A stretch of 24,000 nucleotides of DNA, taken from positions 27,294 to 51,293 of the forward strand of contig JBBDRF010000063.1 in assembly GCA_040905565.1 (NCBI GenBank), written 5' to 3'. Positions 14,538 through 23,145 of the stretch are shown piece after piece. The notes under the pieces are model-generated. The model saw only the letters and a list, made by a program, of their open reading frames with translations, was not told the DNA's origin and ran no database searches. This DNA comes from Phycisphaeraceae bacterium. GTDB taxonomy: Bacteria > Planctomycetota > Phycisphaerae > Phycisphaerales > Zrk34. The first letter of the stretch is position 1. The number at the start of each line of letters is the position of its first letter. The translations under genes were made by a program, and so were the position numbers.

Positions 14538-14590
14538 ATGTGATCGCCCATGCAAAGCGATAATCCGCGAGCCACAGAACGGGCCCCGGT

Positions 14591-14893
14591 ATGTTTGGAA
14601 AGCTGATTGCTCTGAGTCTGATGCTCGTGGTGCTGGGGGCCTCGCTGCTGGTGCTGCGGCAGCATCGGCTCGAGTTGGCGCACGAAGCGGCGACGCTGCA
14701 TCGGCAGATTCACGACAAACGGCAGGATATCTGGAACGTGCAGGCGGAGGCCTCGGCGGAGCTGACGCCCACCGCGTTGGCGCGTCGCATCGGTGCCACC
14801 CGTCTGGCGCTCGAGCCTCACATCCCTGAATCGCCGACGCTGCCGAGTGTGCTCGCCCGAAGTGAGCAGTACGATTCGCCGCCTCAGCCTTGA
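14591..14893 (+). CDS. ftsL: FtsL-like cell-division protein (bitopic, TM + short coiled coil)
   Basis: 100 aa. It has a short N-terminus, the TM LIALSLMLVVLGASLLVL, then a helical segment RQHRLELAHEAATLHRQIHDKRQDIWNVQAE. It sits directly upstream of ftsI, abutting it (TGA 14891-14893, GTG 14894). The assignment rests on size, topology and synteny; sequence conservation in this family is low. Confidence 0.7.
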   Translation: MFGKLIALSLMLVVLGASLLVLRQHRLELAHEAATLHRQIHDKRQDIWNVQAEASAELTPTALARRIGATRLALEPHIPESPTLPSVLARSEQYDSPPQP

Positions 14894-16660
14894 GTGGAAT
14901 TGCAGCGTATGAACGCTTGGCGCGTGGTTAATCCGGGGGTGGCGCAGAACCGTCGCGTGCTCAACACGACGCGGCTGATTGTCGTGGGGATGTCGCTTTG
15001 CATGTTGGCGCTGCTGGGGCGGGTGGTGCAGTTGCAGCTGATGCCCGAGCCCGCGGTGGTGGCGCGGATGGATCGCACGACGGGGACCGCGAATCTGCAG
15101 GCCCGCCGGGGGACGCTGCTGGATAGCCGCGGGCGGGCTCTGGCGGTTTCGCGGGTAGGCTACAAGCTTTTCGCCGACCCGAAGCTGATTGAAGATCCCT
15201 CGCGTTTTGCCCTTCAACTCGCTCACAAGATCGATGACGATCCTGCCCGCATCGACCAGCTGATTGATGAGCGGTTCGATGGTCGCTACGTGGTGCTTGA
15301 TCCGTTGCTGGATCAGCGGCAGGTTGAAGCCGTTCGCGCGGAGAAGCTGCGCGGCACGGGACTCGAGCCTCGCCTGGTCAGGCAATATCCGCACGGTGCG
15401 GTGGCGGGGCAGATCATCGGTTTTGTCGGCTCGGAACACACCGGCCTCGACGGAGCCGAGCACGCCCTGGACGAATACCTTTCAGGCAAGAGCGGCAGCG
15501 TAAAGATGCTGCGTGACGTGCGGCGGCGACCACTCTGGGTCGAGCGGGAGGGGTTCAAGCCGCCCCGCGACGGCAGGGATGTGCGTCTGAGCATCGACAC
15601 GGTCGTGCAGGCAATCGCCGAGAGAGAGCTGGCGGCGGCCTGCGAGGAATACCAGGCGAAGCGTGGCGAGGTCGTCGTCATGGACTCGCGCACCGGGCAA
15701 CTGCTGGCGATGGCGAACTGGCCCCCGATGAGCCCGCAGGAGTTCCCCGGAGCCGACGCTTACATCCGCCGCAACCGGACGATCACCGATGCCTACGAGC
15801 CCGGCTCCGTCTTTAAGCCATTCCTGCATGCCGTGGCGACGCAGCGCGGTCTGGCGCGGCCGGAGCAGGTCATCGACACCGGCACAGGTTTGTGGTTTTC
15901 TTCACGTGGCAGGCGTCTGCGCGATGCGCATCCGCATGGCGAGGTGACGTGGGATGATGTGCTCGTCGTCTCCAGCAACATCGGCATGGCGAAGGTGCTC
16001 GAGCCGATGACCGCGCAGCAGATGCACGACGCGGTCCAGCAGTTCGGCTTCGGGCTCAAGCCCGGCACCGGCCTCCCCGGTGAGAGCCCGGGCCTGTTGA
16101 ACCCGGCGCGGAACTGGACGCACTATTCGCTTTCGAGTGTGCCGATGGGCCAGGAGATCGGCGTGACGGGGTTGCAGCTGGCGCAGGCGCTAAGCGTCTT
16201 CGCCAACGAAGGCATGATGGTTGCACCCAGTGTGATGGCCGACGACGCGAACATGCCGATCTTCCGCAAGGTTCTCGATGCCGACGTCGCTCAGCACACA
16301 CGCATGGTGATGCGAAGGGTGGTGACTGAGGGCACCGGCCGTCGCGTCAACAGCGAGATCTACAGGTTGTGGGGCAAGACGGGGACCGCTCAGATGGCGC
16401 GCACGGACGGCGGCGGTTACTCGCCCGGTAAATACACCGCCAGCTTCATCTGCGGTGCGCCGCTGCTGGATCCGAAGATCATCGTGGTGGTCAGCGTTCA
16501 CGAGCCTGATCCTTCGATCGGCTACTACGGGGGCATCGTCGCGGCGCCGGTGGCGCAGGCCGTGGTGGAGCAGACGCTGGGGTACTTGGGTGTTCCCTCG
16601 GATGTTGAAGATCACACCGCGCCGTCTCACGTGGTTCAGGCGCGTGAGGTCCGCGATTAA
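14894..16660 (+). CDS. ftsI: Class B penicillin-binding protein / peptidoglycan D,D-transpeptidase (FtsI-type)
   Basis: N-terminal TM (LIVVGMSLCMLALLG) and a PBP dimerisation region. Transpeptidase motifs SxxK (GSVFKP), SxN (VSSNIG) and KTG (GKTGTA). It is in the dcw position after ftsL. The start is GTG 14894 or ATG 14909. Confidence 0.93.
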   Translation: MELQRMNAWRVVNPGVAQNRRVLNTTRLIVVGMSLCMLALLGRVVQLQLMPEPAVVARMDRTTGTANLQARRGTLLDSRGRALAVSRVGYKLFADPKLIEDPSRFALQLAHKIDDDPARIDQLIDERFDGRYVVLDPLLDQRQVEAVRAEKLRGTGLEPRLVRQYPHGAVAGQIIGFVGSEHTGLDGAEHALDEYLSGKSGSVKMLRDVRRRPLWVEREGFKPPRDGRDVRLSIDTVVQAIAERELAAACEEYQAKRGEVVVMDSRTGQLLAMANWPPMSPQEFPGADAYIRRNRTITDAYEPGSVFKPFLHAVATQRGLARPEQVIDTGTGLWFSSRGRRLRDAHPHGEVTWDDVLVVSSNIGMAKVLEPMTAQQMHDAVQQFGFGLKPGTGLPGESPGLLNPARNWTHYSLSSVPMGQEIGVTGLQLAQALSVFANEGMMVAPSVMADDANMPIFRKVLDADVAQHTRMVMRRVVTEGTGRRVNSEIYRLWGKTGTAQMARTDGGGYSPGKYTASFICGAPLLDPKIIVVVSVHEPDPSIGYYGGIVAAPVAQAVVEQTLGYLGVPSDVEDHTAPSHVVQAREVRD

Positions 16661-16822
16661 GCAGTCTTGCGGCCGGACGCGTTTTTTTACAAAAGTCGCT
16701 CCGGCGTTCTAAGAACATTCCAGTCAGTCGGTAACCGAGGCCTCGCCGCCCCGGGGGTTCGCTCGTGGGAAGAACCCCTACATGGGGGCAAGCGTAGAAT
16801 GAGTGACGACTGGAGGTTCACT

Positions 16823-17698
16823 ATGGCTTGGGCGAACCTTACCGATACACGTTGCTATTACGAACTGCTGGGTCAGGGCGAAGCGCTGGTGCTGATTCCG
16901 GGCCTTGGTGCGTTGTGCCGGGCGGATGATCCGGATGCTGTCGAGCTCGCGAACGACTTCACGCTGGTCTGCCCGGAGCTGCGCGGCATCGGTCGATCGC
17001 GTGTGAAGCGGACGCCGACCAGCTTGGCCGATTACTGTTCCGATCTTGTGGAACTGCTTGATCATCTCCAGGTCGAGCGTGCTCACGTCATGGGGTTGTC
17101 GCTGGGAGGCACCATCGCGCAGCGGTTCGCGGTGGATCATCCGGGGCGGGTGAATCGGCTGGTGCTGGTTTCGTGTGCGCACCGGTTCGGGCCGTTCCTT
17201 CGGGAGATGGCGACACTGGTGGGGCACACGATGCGGCACTTCCCGCCGCGGCTGTTTCGCCGGACGCTCGAGTTGCTCGGCAGCAGTCCGCTGTACATGG
17301 ATGCCGACCCCGAGCGGATCGACCGCAAACTTCAAGCACGTGCGAACAGTTGTGAACCCTCGCTACATGCGGTGGCGCAGCAGCTGCGTTGTCTTGTCGC
17401 CAGTGAGCCGGACGAGCAGAGCTTTCGCATCACCGCGGAAACACTGGTGATTGCTGGCGAATATGACGCGCTGATTCCGCACTGTTACGTGCGCCGGATG
17501 GCCGACGCGATCGCTGGCAGCACGTTCGTGATGGTGGAAGGGGCGGGCCATAATCCCTTTGCCGAGTGTGCCGAACGCTTGCTGCCGACGGTGGTTTCGT
17601 TTTTGAAGACGGGGGTGGTGAAGCCGATCCCGCCGTTCCCGCAATCCGATGCAATTCCTTCAGGACGTGCGACGACGAAGGAGCGAAAGTCTGCCTGA
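16823..17698 (+). CDS. Alpha/beta-fold hydrolase
   Basis: ATG 16823 lies 6 nt after GGAGG (16812-16816). ATG 16799 is an in-frame alternative. Motifs: YYELLGQGEALVLIPGLG, nucleophile elbow HVMGLSLGGTIAQ (GxSxG), and C-terminal GAGHNPF (catalytic His region). Confidence 0.88.
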   Translation: MAWANLTDTRCYYELLGQGEALVLIPGLGALCRADDPDAVELANDFTLVCPELRGIGRSRVKRTPTSLADYCSDLVELLDHLQVERAHVMGLSLGGTIAQRFAVDHPGRVNRLVLVSCAHRFGPFLREMATLVGHTMRHFPPRLFRRTLELLGSSPLYMDADPERIDRKLQARANSCEPSLHAVAQQLRCLVASEPDEQSFRITAETLVIAGEYDALIPHCYVRRMADAIAGSTFVMVEGAGHNPFAECAERLLPTVVSFLKTGVVKPIPPFPQSDAIPSGRATTKERKSA

Positions 17699-17741
17699 GA
17701 GATGGCTGCGACGCAGTGCCCCTTTTCAAGGAGGCCAGGTC

Positions 17742-19625
17742 ATGCGGAATCTGAGATGGTCCAGGATTGAATGGTGGCGGTCGGGCGATCGTCCGTTGAG
17801 GCCGGGGGAAGTTGAACCTGAGGTGGTGCAGAGGGGCCAGGAGAACGGGGGAACGGCCGCGCCGCCTCAGACAGATCGGCCGTCGAGTGCGGCGGGGATT
17901 TACAGTCGCCTCGGCGTCCCTAGCTCGCTTAACTATCCCTCCACGACGCTCGCCCGGCTGCTGGATCAGACAGCCGACCGCTTCGCCGAATCACCCGCGT
18001 TGATCTATCAGGATCAGACGTGGACGTATCAGCAGTTGCTCAGTTACACCAACCGCATCGCCGGCGGTCTTGCGGCACTGGGCGTCCGGCCCGGGGATCG
18101 TGTCGTGCTCACGCTGCCGAACTGCCCGGAGTACATCGGCTCGTTTTTCGCAATTCAGAAGCTCGGTGCGATCGTCGTGAACGCTGGGCCGCTGGTGGGC
18201 CATGATGACCTGGTGGCGCTGCTGCGGAAGACACAGCCGAGGCTGCTGATCGGTTTGGACCTGCAATCGCAGTCGCTCACGAGGGGCGGGGCGGAGGCCG
18301 ACGCGTCGGAGATGCGCTGGCTGTGGGTGTCGCTCTCGCAGTATCAGTCGGCACTGAAGCGGGTGGGCTATCAGATTCGACTATGGCAGACGCACCATCC
18401 GGATAAGCGTTGGCACACGCGGTTCGATGTGATGTTGCAGACCGCGCCCTCGCGGCCGCCGACGGTGGCGCCTGAGCCTGACGACGTTGCCGTGCTTCAA
18501 CTCACCAGTGGCACCACGGGCAGCCTGAAGATCGCGATGCTGACGCACCGGTCGCTGCTGGCGAACGCGACGCAGGTTTCGATCCCCGCCCGCATGCACA
18601 TGGGGCAGGCGCGTGTGCTGGGTCTGCTGCCGATGTTCCACGTCTACGGCTTGACGATGTGCCTGACCAGCGTCGTCTACACTGGCGGCTGCGTGCTGCC
18701 GTTCACACGCTTTTCCGCGGTGCAGATGCTCGATGCGGTGCTTGAGTTCAAGCCGACCGTGATGTGCGTGGTGCCGGCGATGGCTGATGCGTTTTGCGAC
18801 CTGCTTGAGCAGCGTGATGCCGAGCCTGTGCGTGAAGCGCTCCGTGAGTGCATTGTCATCAGTGGTTCCGCGCCGCTCACGCCCGCGACCGCCCATCGTT
18901 TCGAGCAGCTGGTGGGCGTGCCGATCCTTCAGGGCTACGGCCTTACGGAAGCATCGCCGGTGACCCATTGCAACCCGCCTGACGATCCACGCGACAACTC
19001 GGTGGGCGTGCCCCTGCCCGATACGCAGGTGAAGCTGGTTGACCTTGATGATGCGAGCGTGGAGGTCGAGCCTGGCCGGACGGGGGAGTTGCTCATCTCC
19101 GGACCACAGCTTTTTGCAGGGTATCTGCAGGATCAGGAGAACACACGCCGTATGCTCAGCACCGATGCGCAGGGACGGCAATGGCTGCATACAGGCGACG
19201 TGGCCTACGCCGATGCCGACGGATTTCATTACCTGGTCGACCGTCGCAAAGCGATGATCAATCACGCAGGCTTCAAGGTTTGGCCGGCGAAGGTGGAGAA
19301 CGTGCTGAAGTCGCATCCCGCGGTAGCGGACGTGGCGGTGGTCGGTTGCGCCGATCCGGTGCAGACGGAGAAGGTCGTGGCGCTGATCGTGCCGAAGCGA
19401 CACGCCTTGGTGGAGGATGCCGAGCTTCGTACGCTCTGTCGTGAACATTTGGCGAAGTACGAGGTGCCCTGTCGTTTTGACCGTGTGAACGAACTGCCGC
19501 GTTCGCCGCTGGGCAAGCTGTTACGCCATCAGTTGAAAGTGGAGCCCTCGTGCGCACCGAGCGCATCGGGCAACGGAGAATCTAACGGCGAAGCTGAATC
19601 GACGCAGACGGAGGAACGCTCATGA
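17742..19625 (+). CDS. AMP-forming acyl-CoA synthetase (FadD-like fatty-acid--CoA ligase) with a ~65-aa N-terminal extension
   Basis: ATG 17742 lies 7 nt after AAGGAGG (17728-17734). ANL-superfamily motifs: LQLTSGTTGSLKIAMLTH, GYGLTEASP, LHTGDVAY, PRSPLGKLLR. Confidence 0.92.
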   Translation: MRNLRWSRIEWWRSGDRPLRPGEVEPEVVQRGQENGGTAAPPQTDRPSSAAGIYSRLGVPSSLNYPSTTLARLLDQTADRFAESPALIYQDQTWTYQQLLSYTNRIAGGLAALGVRPGDRVVLTLPNCPEYIGSFFAIQKLGAIVVNAGPLVGHDDLVALLRKTQPRLLIGLDLQSQSLTRGGAEADASEMRWLWVSLSQYQSALKRVGYQIRLWQTHHPDKRWHTRFDVMLQTAPSRPPTVAPEPDDVAVLQLTSGTTGSLKIAMLTHRSLLANATQVSIPARMHMGQARVLGLLPMFHVYGLTMCLTSVVYTGGCVLPFTRFSAVQMLDAVLEFKPTVMCVVPAMADAFCDLLEQRDAEPVREALRECIVISGSAPLTPATAHRFEQLVGVPILQGYGLTEASPVTHCNPPDDPRDNSVGVPLPDTQVKLVDLDDASVEVEPGRTGELLISGPQLFAGYLQDQENTRRMLSTDAQGRQWLHTGDVAYADADGFHYLVDRRKAMINHAGFKVWPAKVENVLKSHPAVADVAVVGCADPVQTEKVVALIVPKRHALVEDAELRTLCREHLAKYEVPCRFDRVNELPRSPLGKLLRHQLKVEPSCAPSASGNGESNGEAESTQTEERS

Positions 19626-20932
19626 TCCGTCCCATATCACAACCGAGTCAGGCTGCGATCGTGGCGGGGCTGCGGACACCATTTGCGAAAATGGGGACCG
19701 CGCTCCGCGAAGTGCACGTGACCGAGTTGGCGCGATCCGCCATGCAGGAAGTGCTCTACCGCACCGGGTGGGAGGCTGGCACGCTGGACGAGGTGATACT
19801 CGGCAACGTGGTGATGCCCGCCGACGCAACCAACCCCGCACGCGTTGCTGCTTTGTATGCAGGAATCCCCGACCATGTCCCCGCCCTCACGGTGCAGCGA
19901 AATTGTGCGTCGGGCATGGAGGCAGTGTGGCAAGCGGCGATGCGCATCACCACCGGCGACGCGCGTGCGGTGATGGCAGGCGGGGCGGAATCGATGAGCA
20001 CGATCCCGCTGATCCTGCCGACCGAGACGCTCGAGGTCGCGGGCAGCTTCATGAAGGCGAAAAGCCCTGCGGGCAAGCTGGGCGCGCTGACGAGCGTGCG
20101 GCCGCGCCACCTGCGCGCCAAGGCCGGGCTGGAGATGGGGCTCACCGATCCCGTCAGCGGGCTCATCATGGGCAAGACCGGTGAGAAGCTGGCGCATGAG
20201 TTCGGCATCAGCCGGTCGGAGCAGGACGCGTTTGCGCTGCGGTCGCATCAGCGTGCGGTCGAGGCGGCGAAGGCCGGGAAGTTCGATGAACAGATTGTGC
20301 CGGTGTACGCAGGCGACCGGTTCGAAGCGGTGACCACCGACGTGGGCCCGAGGGCCGATCAATCGCTGGAGGCGCTGGCGAACCTGAAGCCGGTCTTCGA
20401 TCGGCGCGACGGCACGATCACCGTGGGAAACGCATGCCAGGTCACCGACGGCGCAGCGGCCATGCTCGTCGCCGATGCCGATGCCGCGCGGGCCGAGGGA
20501 CTTGAGCCGCTGGGCTATGTTCGGGCCTACACGACGGCGGGGGTCGATCCGTCACGCATGGGCCTCGGCCCCGTCTTCGCGATTGACAAACTGCTTCGCA
20601 AGACCGGGCTGAACCTTGACGATGTGGACCTGCTTGAAATCAACGAAGCGTTCGCCGCTCAGGTGCTCGCGTGCCTCAAGGCGATGGCGAGCGAAGCGTA
20701 CTGCCGGGAGCATCTGAATCGTGACAAGGCGATCGGCGAGGTCGATCCCGAACGGCTGAACGTGAACGGCGGGGCGATCGCACTCGGCCATCCCGTCGGG
20801 GCTACCGGTGCACGGCTGGTGTTGAATCTACTGCTGGAAATGCAGCGGCGTGATCTGGAGACGGGCGTGGCGGCGCTTTGCGTCGGGGGCGGACAAGGAG
20901 CAGCGATCCTGCTGACAAGGAGCCGATCATGA
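19622..20932 (+). CDS. fadI: Acetyl-CoA C-acyltransferase (3-ketoacyl-CoA thiolase), FadI-like
   Basis: ATGA overlap with the upstream synthetase. It is 436 aa, the same length and layout as E. coli FadI. Motifs: [10 protein letters not shown], active-site [56 protein letters not shown]. Confidence 0.93.
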   Translation: MIRPISQPSQAAIVAGLRTPFAKMGTALREVHVTELARSAMQEVLYRTGWEAGTLDEVILGNVVMPADATNPARVAALYAGIPDHVPALTVQRNCASGMEAVWQAAMRITTGDARAVMAGGAESMSTIPLILPTETLEVAGSFMKAKSPAGKLGALTSVRPRHLRAKAGLEMGLTDPVSGLIMGKTGEKLAHEFGISRSEQDAFALRSHQRAVEAAKAGKFDEQIVPVYAGDRFEAVTTDVGPRADQSLEALANLKPVFDRRDGTITVGNACQVTDGAAAMLVADADAARAEGLEPLGYVRAYTTAGVDPSRMGLGPVFAIDKLLRKTGLNLDDVDLLEINEAFAAQVLACLKAMASEAYCREHLNRDKAIGEVDPERLNVNGGAIALGHPVGATGARLVLNLLLEMQRRDLETGVAALCVGGGQGAAILLTRSRS

Positions 20933-23124
20933 ACCTGCATCGCTTCATCGAAAACGACATCATGCACGTGCAGTTCAACTGTGCCGACCGGCCGGTGAAT
21001 ACGATCAGCCCGAAGGTACTCGATGAACTGGACGACATTGTCAGCAAGCTTGAGCGTGGCGAGGAGAAACCCCGCAGCGTGATCTTCGAATCCGGCAAGG
21101 CCGGGACGTTCATCACCGGCGCTGACCTGTTCGCCATGCGTGAGATGGACGATGCCGAGGTGGCAAGTTTCATCGAACGCGGGCAGCAACTGTTCCATCG
21201 CATCAGCTTGCTGCCGATGGCGCGGGTCGCCGCGATCAACGGGCAGTGCCTCGGCGGCGGACTTGAACTGGCGCTGGCCTGCACGCACCGCGTCGCAGCG
21301 GACGACGGATCGATCACGATCGGCTTGCCCGAGGTGAAGCTCGGCATCCTGCCCGGCTGGGGAGGATCAACGCGCCTGCCACGCTTGATCGGTCTCACGC
21401 GCTCCCTGCCGTTGCTGCTGACGGGTAAGACGCTGGCGCCTCGGAAGGCGCAATCGCTCGGTGTGATCGACGAGGTCGTGCCGCCTGAAGCGCTGGGGCA
21501 TGCCGCGGAACGTCTGGCTCTACAAAAGCGGCGGGACGGCAGCAAGATCTCTCAAACCGACCGTGCCATCGCCCGGTTCAATCCGCTCCGCAATGCAGCG
21601 ATGAAGCGGGCGCGTGCCCAGACGCTTGCGACGACACACGGCAACTATCCCGCGCCTGAGGCCGTTCTCGACGTGGTCGAAATCGGCATGCGTGACGGCG
21701 TCGAGGCTGGGCTACGGGCGGAGCGTGAGGCCTTGCAGCGGCTGGTGAAGACCGATGCGTGTCGTAACCTCATGCGGCTGTTCTTCCTGCGGCAGGAGTC
21801 CAAACGTGCCGTGCGAGAGAAGCTCAAGGCTGAGCCGCGCGACGTGAAACGAGTCGCCGTGGTCGGCGGCGGCGTGATGGGCTCGGGCATCGTGCACGCG
21901 CTGGTAAGCGCCGACGTGGATGTCCGCCTCATCGAGATCGAAGCCAAGCAGATGTCCGCGGCCCTGACCCGTGTGAAGAAGCAACTCGATGCGGATCTCA
22001 AGAGCAAACGCATCTCTCCCGTTCAGGCCAAGCGCGCGATGCATCGGGTGAGCCCGTCGCTGACTTTCACGGGCTTGGGTCGGGTGGACTTCGTCATCGA
22101 AGCGGTGCTCGAACGGCCTGCGGTGAAGCGCGATGTTTTTGATCTGCTCGACGGCATCGTTCGGCCGGACGCGGTGCTGGCCTCGAACACCAGCTCGCTG
22201 AACCTGACGGAACTGGCGGAGGCGACGGCTCATCCGGGGCGGGTGATGGGGATGCACTTTTTCAACCCGGTGCCGAAGATGCCGTTGCTTGAGGTCGTGC
22301 GGACGCCGCTGAGTGACGACGCAGCCCTGGCGACGGGCGTGGCGCTCGGGCAGCGGATCGGCAAGACGCCGATTCTTGTCGACGACGGCCCGGGTTTCCT
22401 GGTCAACCGCGTGCTGATTCCGTACCTGGCCGAGGCGATCGTCCTGGCTTCGGAGGGCGCGCCGATCAATGAAGTTGATCGCGTGATGAAGCGGTGGGGC
22501 ATGCCGATGGGCCCGTTCGAATTGCTCGATCAGGTCGGCCTCGATGTGAGCGTGGACATCTTCCGCTCGCTGGGTTCGAGGCTGGGCGATCACCTGCCGC
22601 AGGTGCCGAACTTTGAGCAGGTGGTCGACCAGGGCTGGCGCGGCCGCAAGAGTGGCGAAGGCTTTTACCGGTACGGCAGCCGGTGGTGGGGCGGTAAAGC
22701 GGAGCCGCGCGTGAACACGAAAATGCTCGCGCTGCTTGGGGCGAAGGGCAAGCAGGCGACGGTCGATGAACGCACACCCGCACGCCTGGTGCTGCCGATG
22801 GTGAACGAGGCCGCCCGGGTGCTGGAGGAAGGCGTGACCGATTCGACCGACACGATCGACCTGGCCACGGTGCTGGGCCTGGGGTGGGCGCCATTCCGAG
22901 GCGGCTTGGCGCGATGGGCGGAAGCGGAAGGCCTCAGCAAGATCGTCAAGCAGATGGATGACCTGACGAGTCGGCATGGTGAACGCTTCCGGGCCACGCG
23001 GCTGCTGCGGCAGGTGGCCGAGGCAGGCGAACCGCTGCAGGCGATTGTCGAGCATCGGCCGGCACCAGTGCGGACCCACCAGACGCGCACGGATCGTCTG
23101 TCGCATCCCGTCCGTCACGATTGA
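20929..23124 (+). CDS. fadJ: Multifunctional enoyl-CoA hydratase / 3-hydroxyacyl-CoA dehydrogenase, FadJ/FadB-like
   Basis: ATG 20929 overlaps the thiolase stop (ATGA). Crotonase part: INGQCLGGGLELALAC and LPEVKLGILPGWGGSTRLPRLIG. Dehydrogenase part: VAVVGGGVMGSGIVHAL (NAD fold) and MHFFNPVPKMPLLEV. Thiolase-then-hydratase order matches fadIJ. Confidence 0.93.
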   Translation: MNLHRFIENDIMHVQFNCADRPVNTISPKVLDELDDIVSKLERGEEKPRSVIFESGKAGTFITGADLFAMREMDDAEVASFIERGQQLFHRISLLPMARVAAINGQCLGGGLELALACTHRVAADDGSITIGLPEVKLGILPGWGGSTRLPRLIGLTRSLPLLLTGKTLAPRKAQSLGVIDEVVPPEALGHAAERLALQKRRDGSKISQTDRAIARFNPLRNAAMKRARAQTLATTHGNYPAPEAVLDVVEIGMRDGVEAGLRAEREALQRLVKTDACRNLMRLFFLRQESKRAVREKLKAEPRDVKRVAVVGGGVMGSGIVHALVSADVDVRLIEIEAKQMSAALTRVKKQLDADLKSKRISPVQAKRAMHRVSPSLTFTGLGRVDFVIEAVLERPAVKRDVFDLLDGIVRPDAVLASNTSSLNLTELAEATAHPGRVMGMHFFNPVPKMPLLEVVRTPLSDDAALATGVALGQRIGKTPILVDDGPGFLVNRVLIPYLAEAIVLASEGAPINEVDRVMKRWGMPMGPFELLDQVGLDVSVDIFRSLGSRLGDHLPQVPNFEQVVDQGWRGRKSGEGFYRYGSRWWGGKAEPRVNTKMLALLGAKGKQATVDERTPARLVLPMVNEAARVLEEGVTDSTDTIDLATVLGLGWAPFRGGLARWAEAEGLSKIVKQMDDLTSRHGERFRATRLLRQVAEAGEPLQAIVEHRPAPVRTHQTRTDRLSHPVRHD

Positions 23125-23145
23125 ACAGAAGAAAGCGAGGTCTTG

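Noticed and set aside
13533-14555. 340-aa ORF antisense to the LysM gene
   Set aside because: The + frame encodes two textbook LysM domains. The antisense product is an R-rich low-complexity sequence.
16668-16688. T7 run after ftsI as an intrinsic terminator
   Set aside because: The best stem immediately upstream is only 3-4 bp (TGCG/CGCG around a GCCGGA loop). The T-run is striking for this genome, but the hairpin is too weak to call a terminator.
18381-19448. 355-aa ORF antisense to the acyl-CoA synthetase gene
   Set aside because: The + frame has all the ANL-superfamily motifs. The antisense frame is H/R-rich with no motifs.
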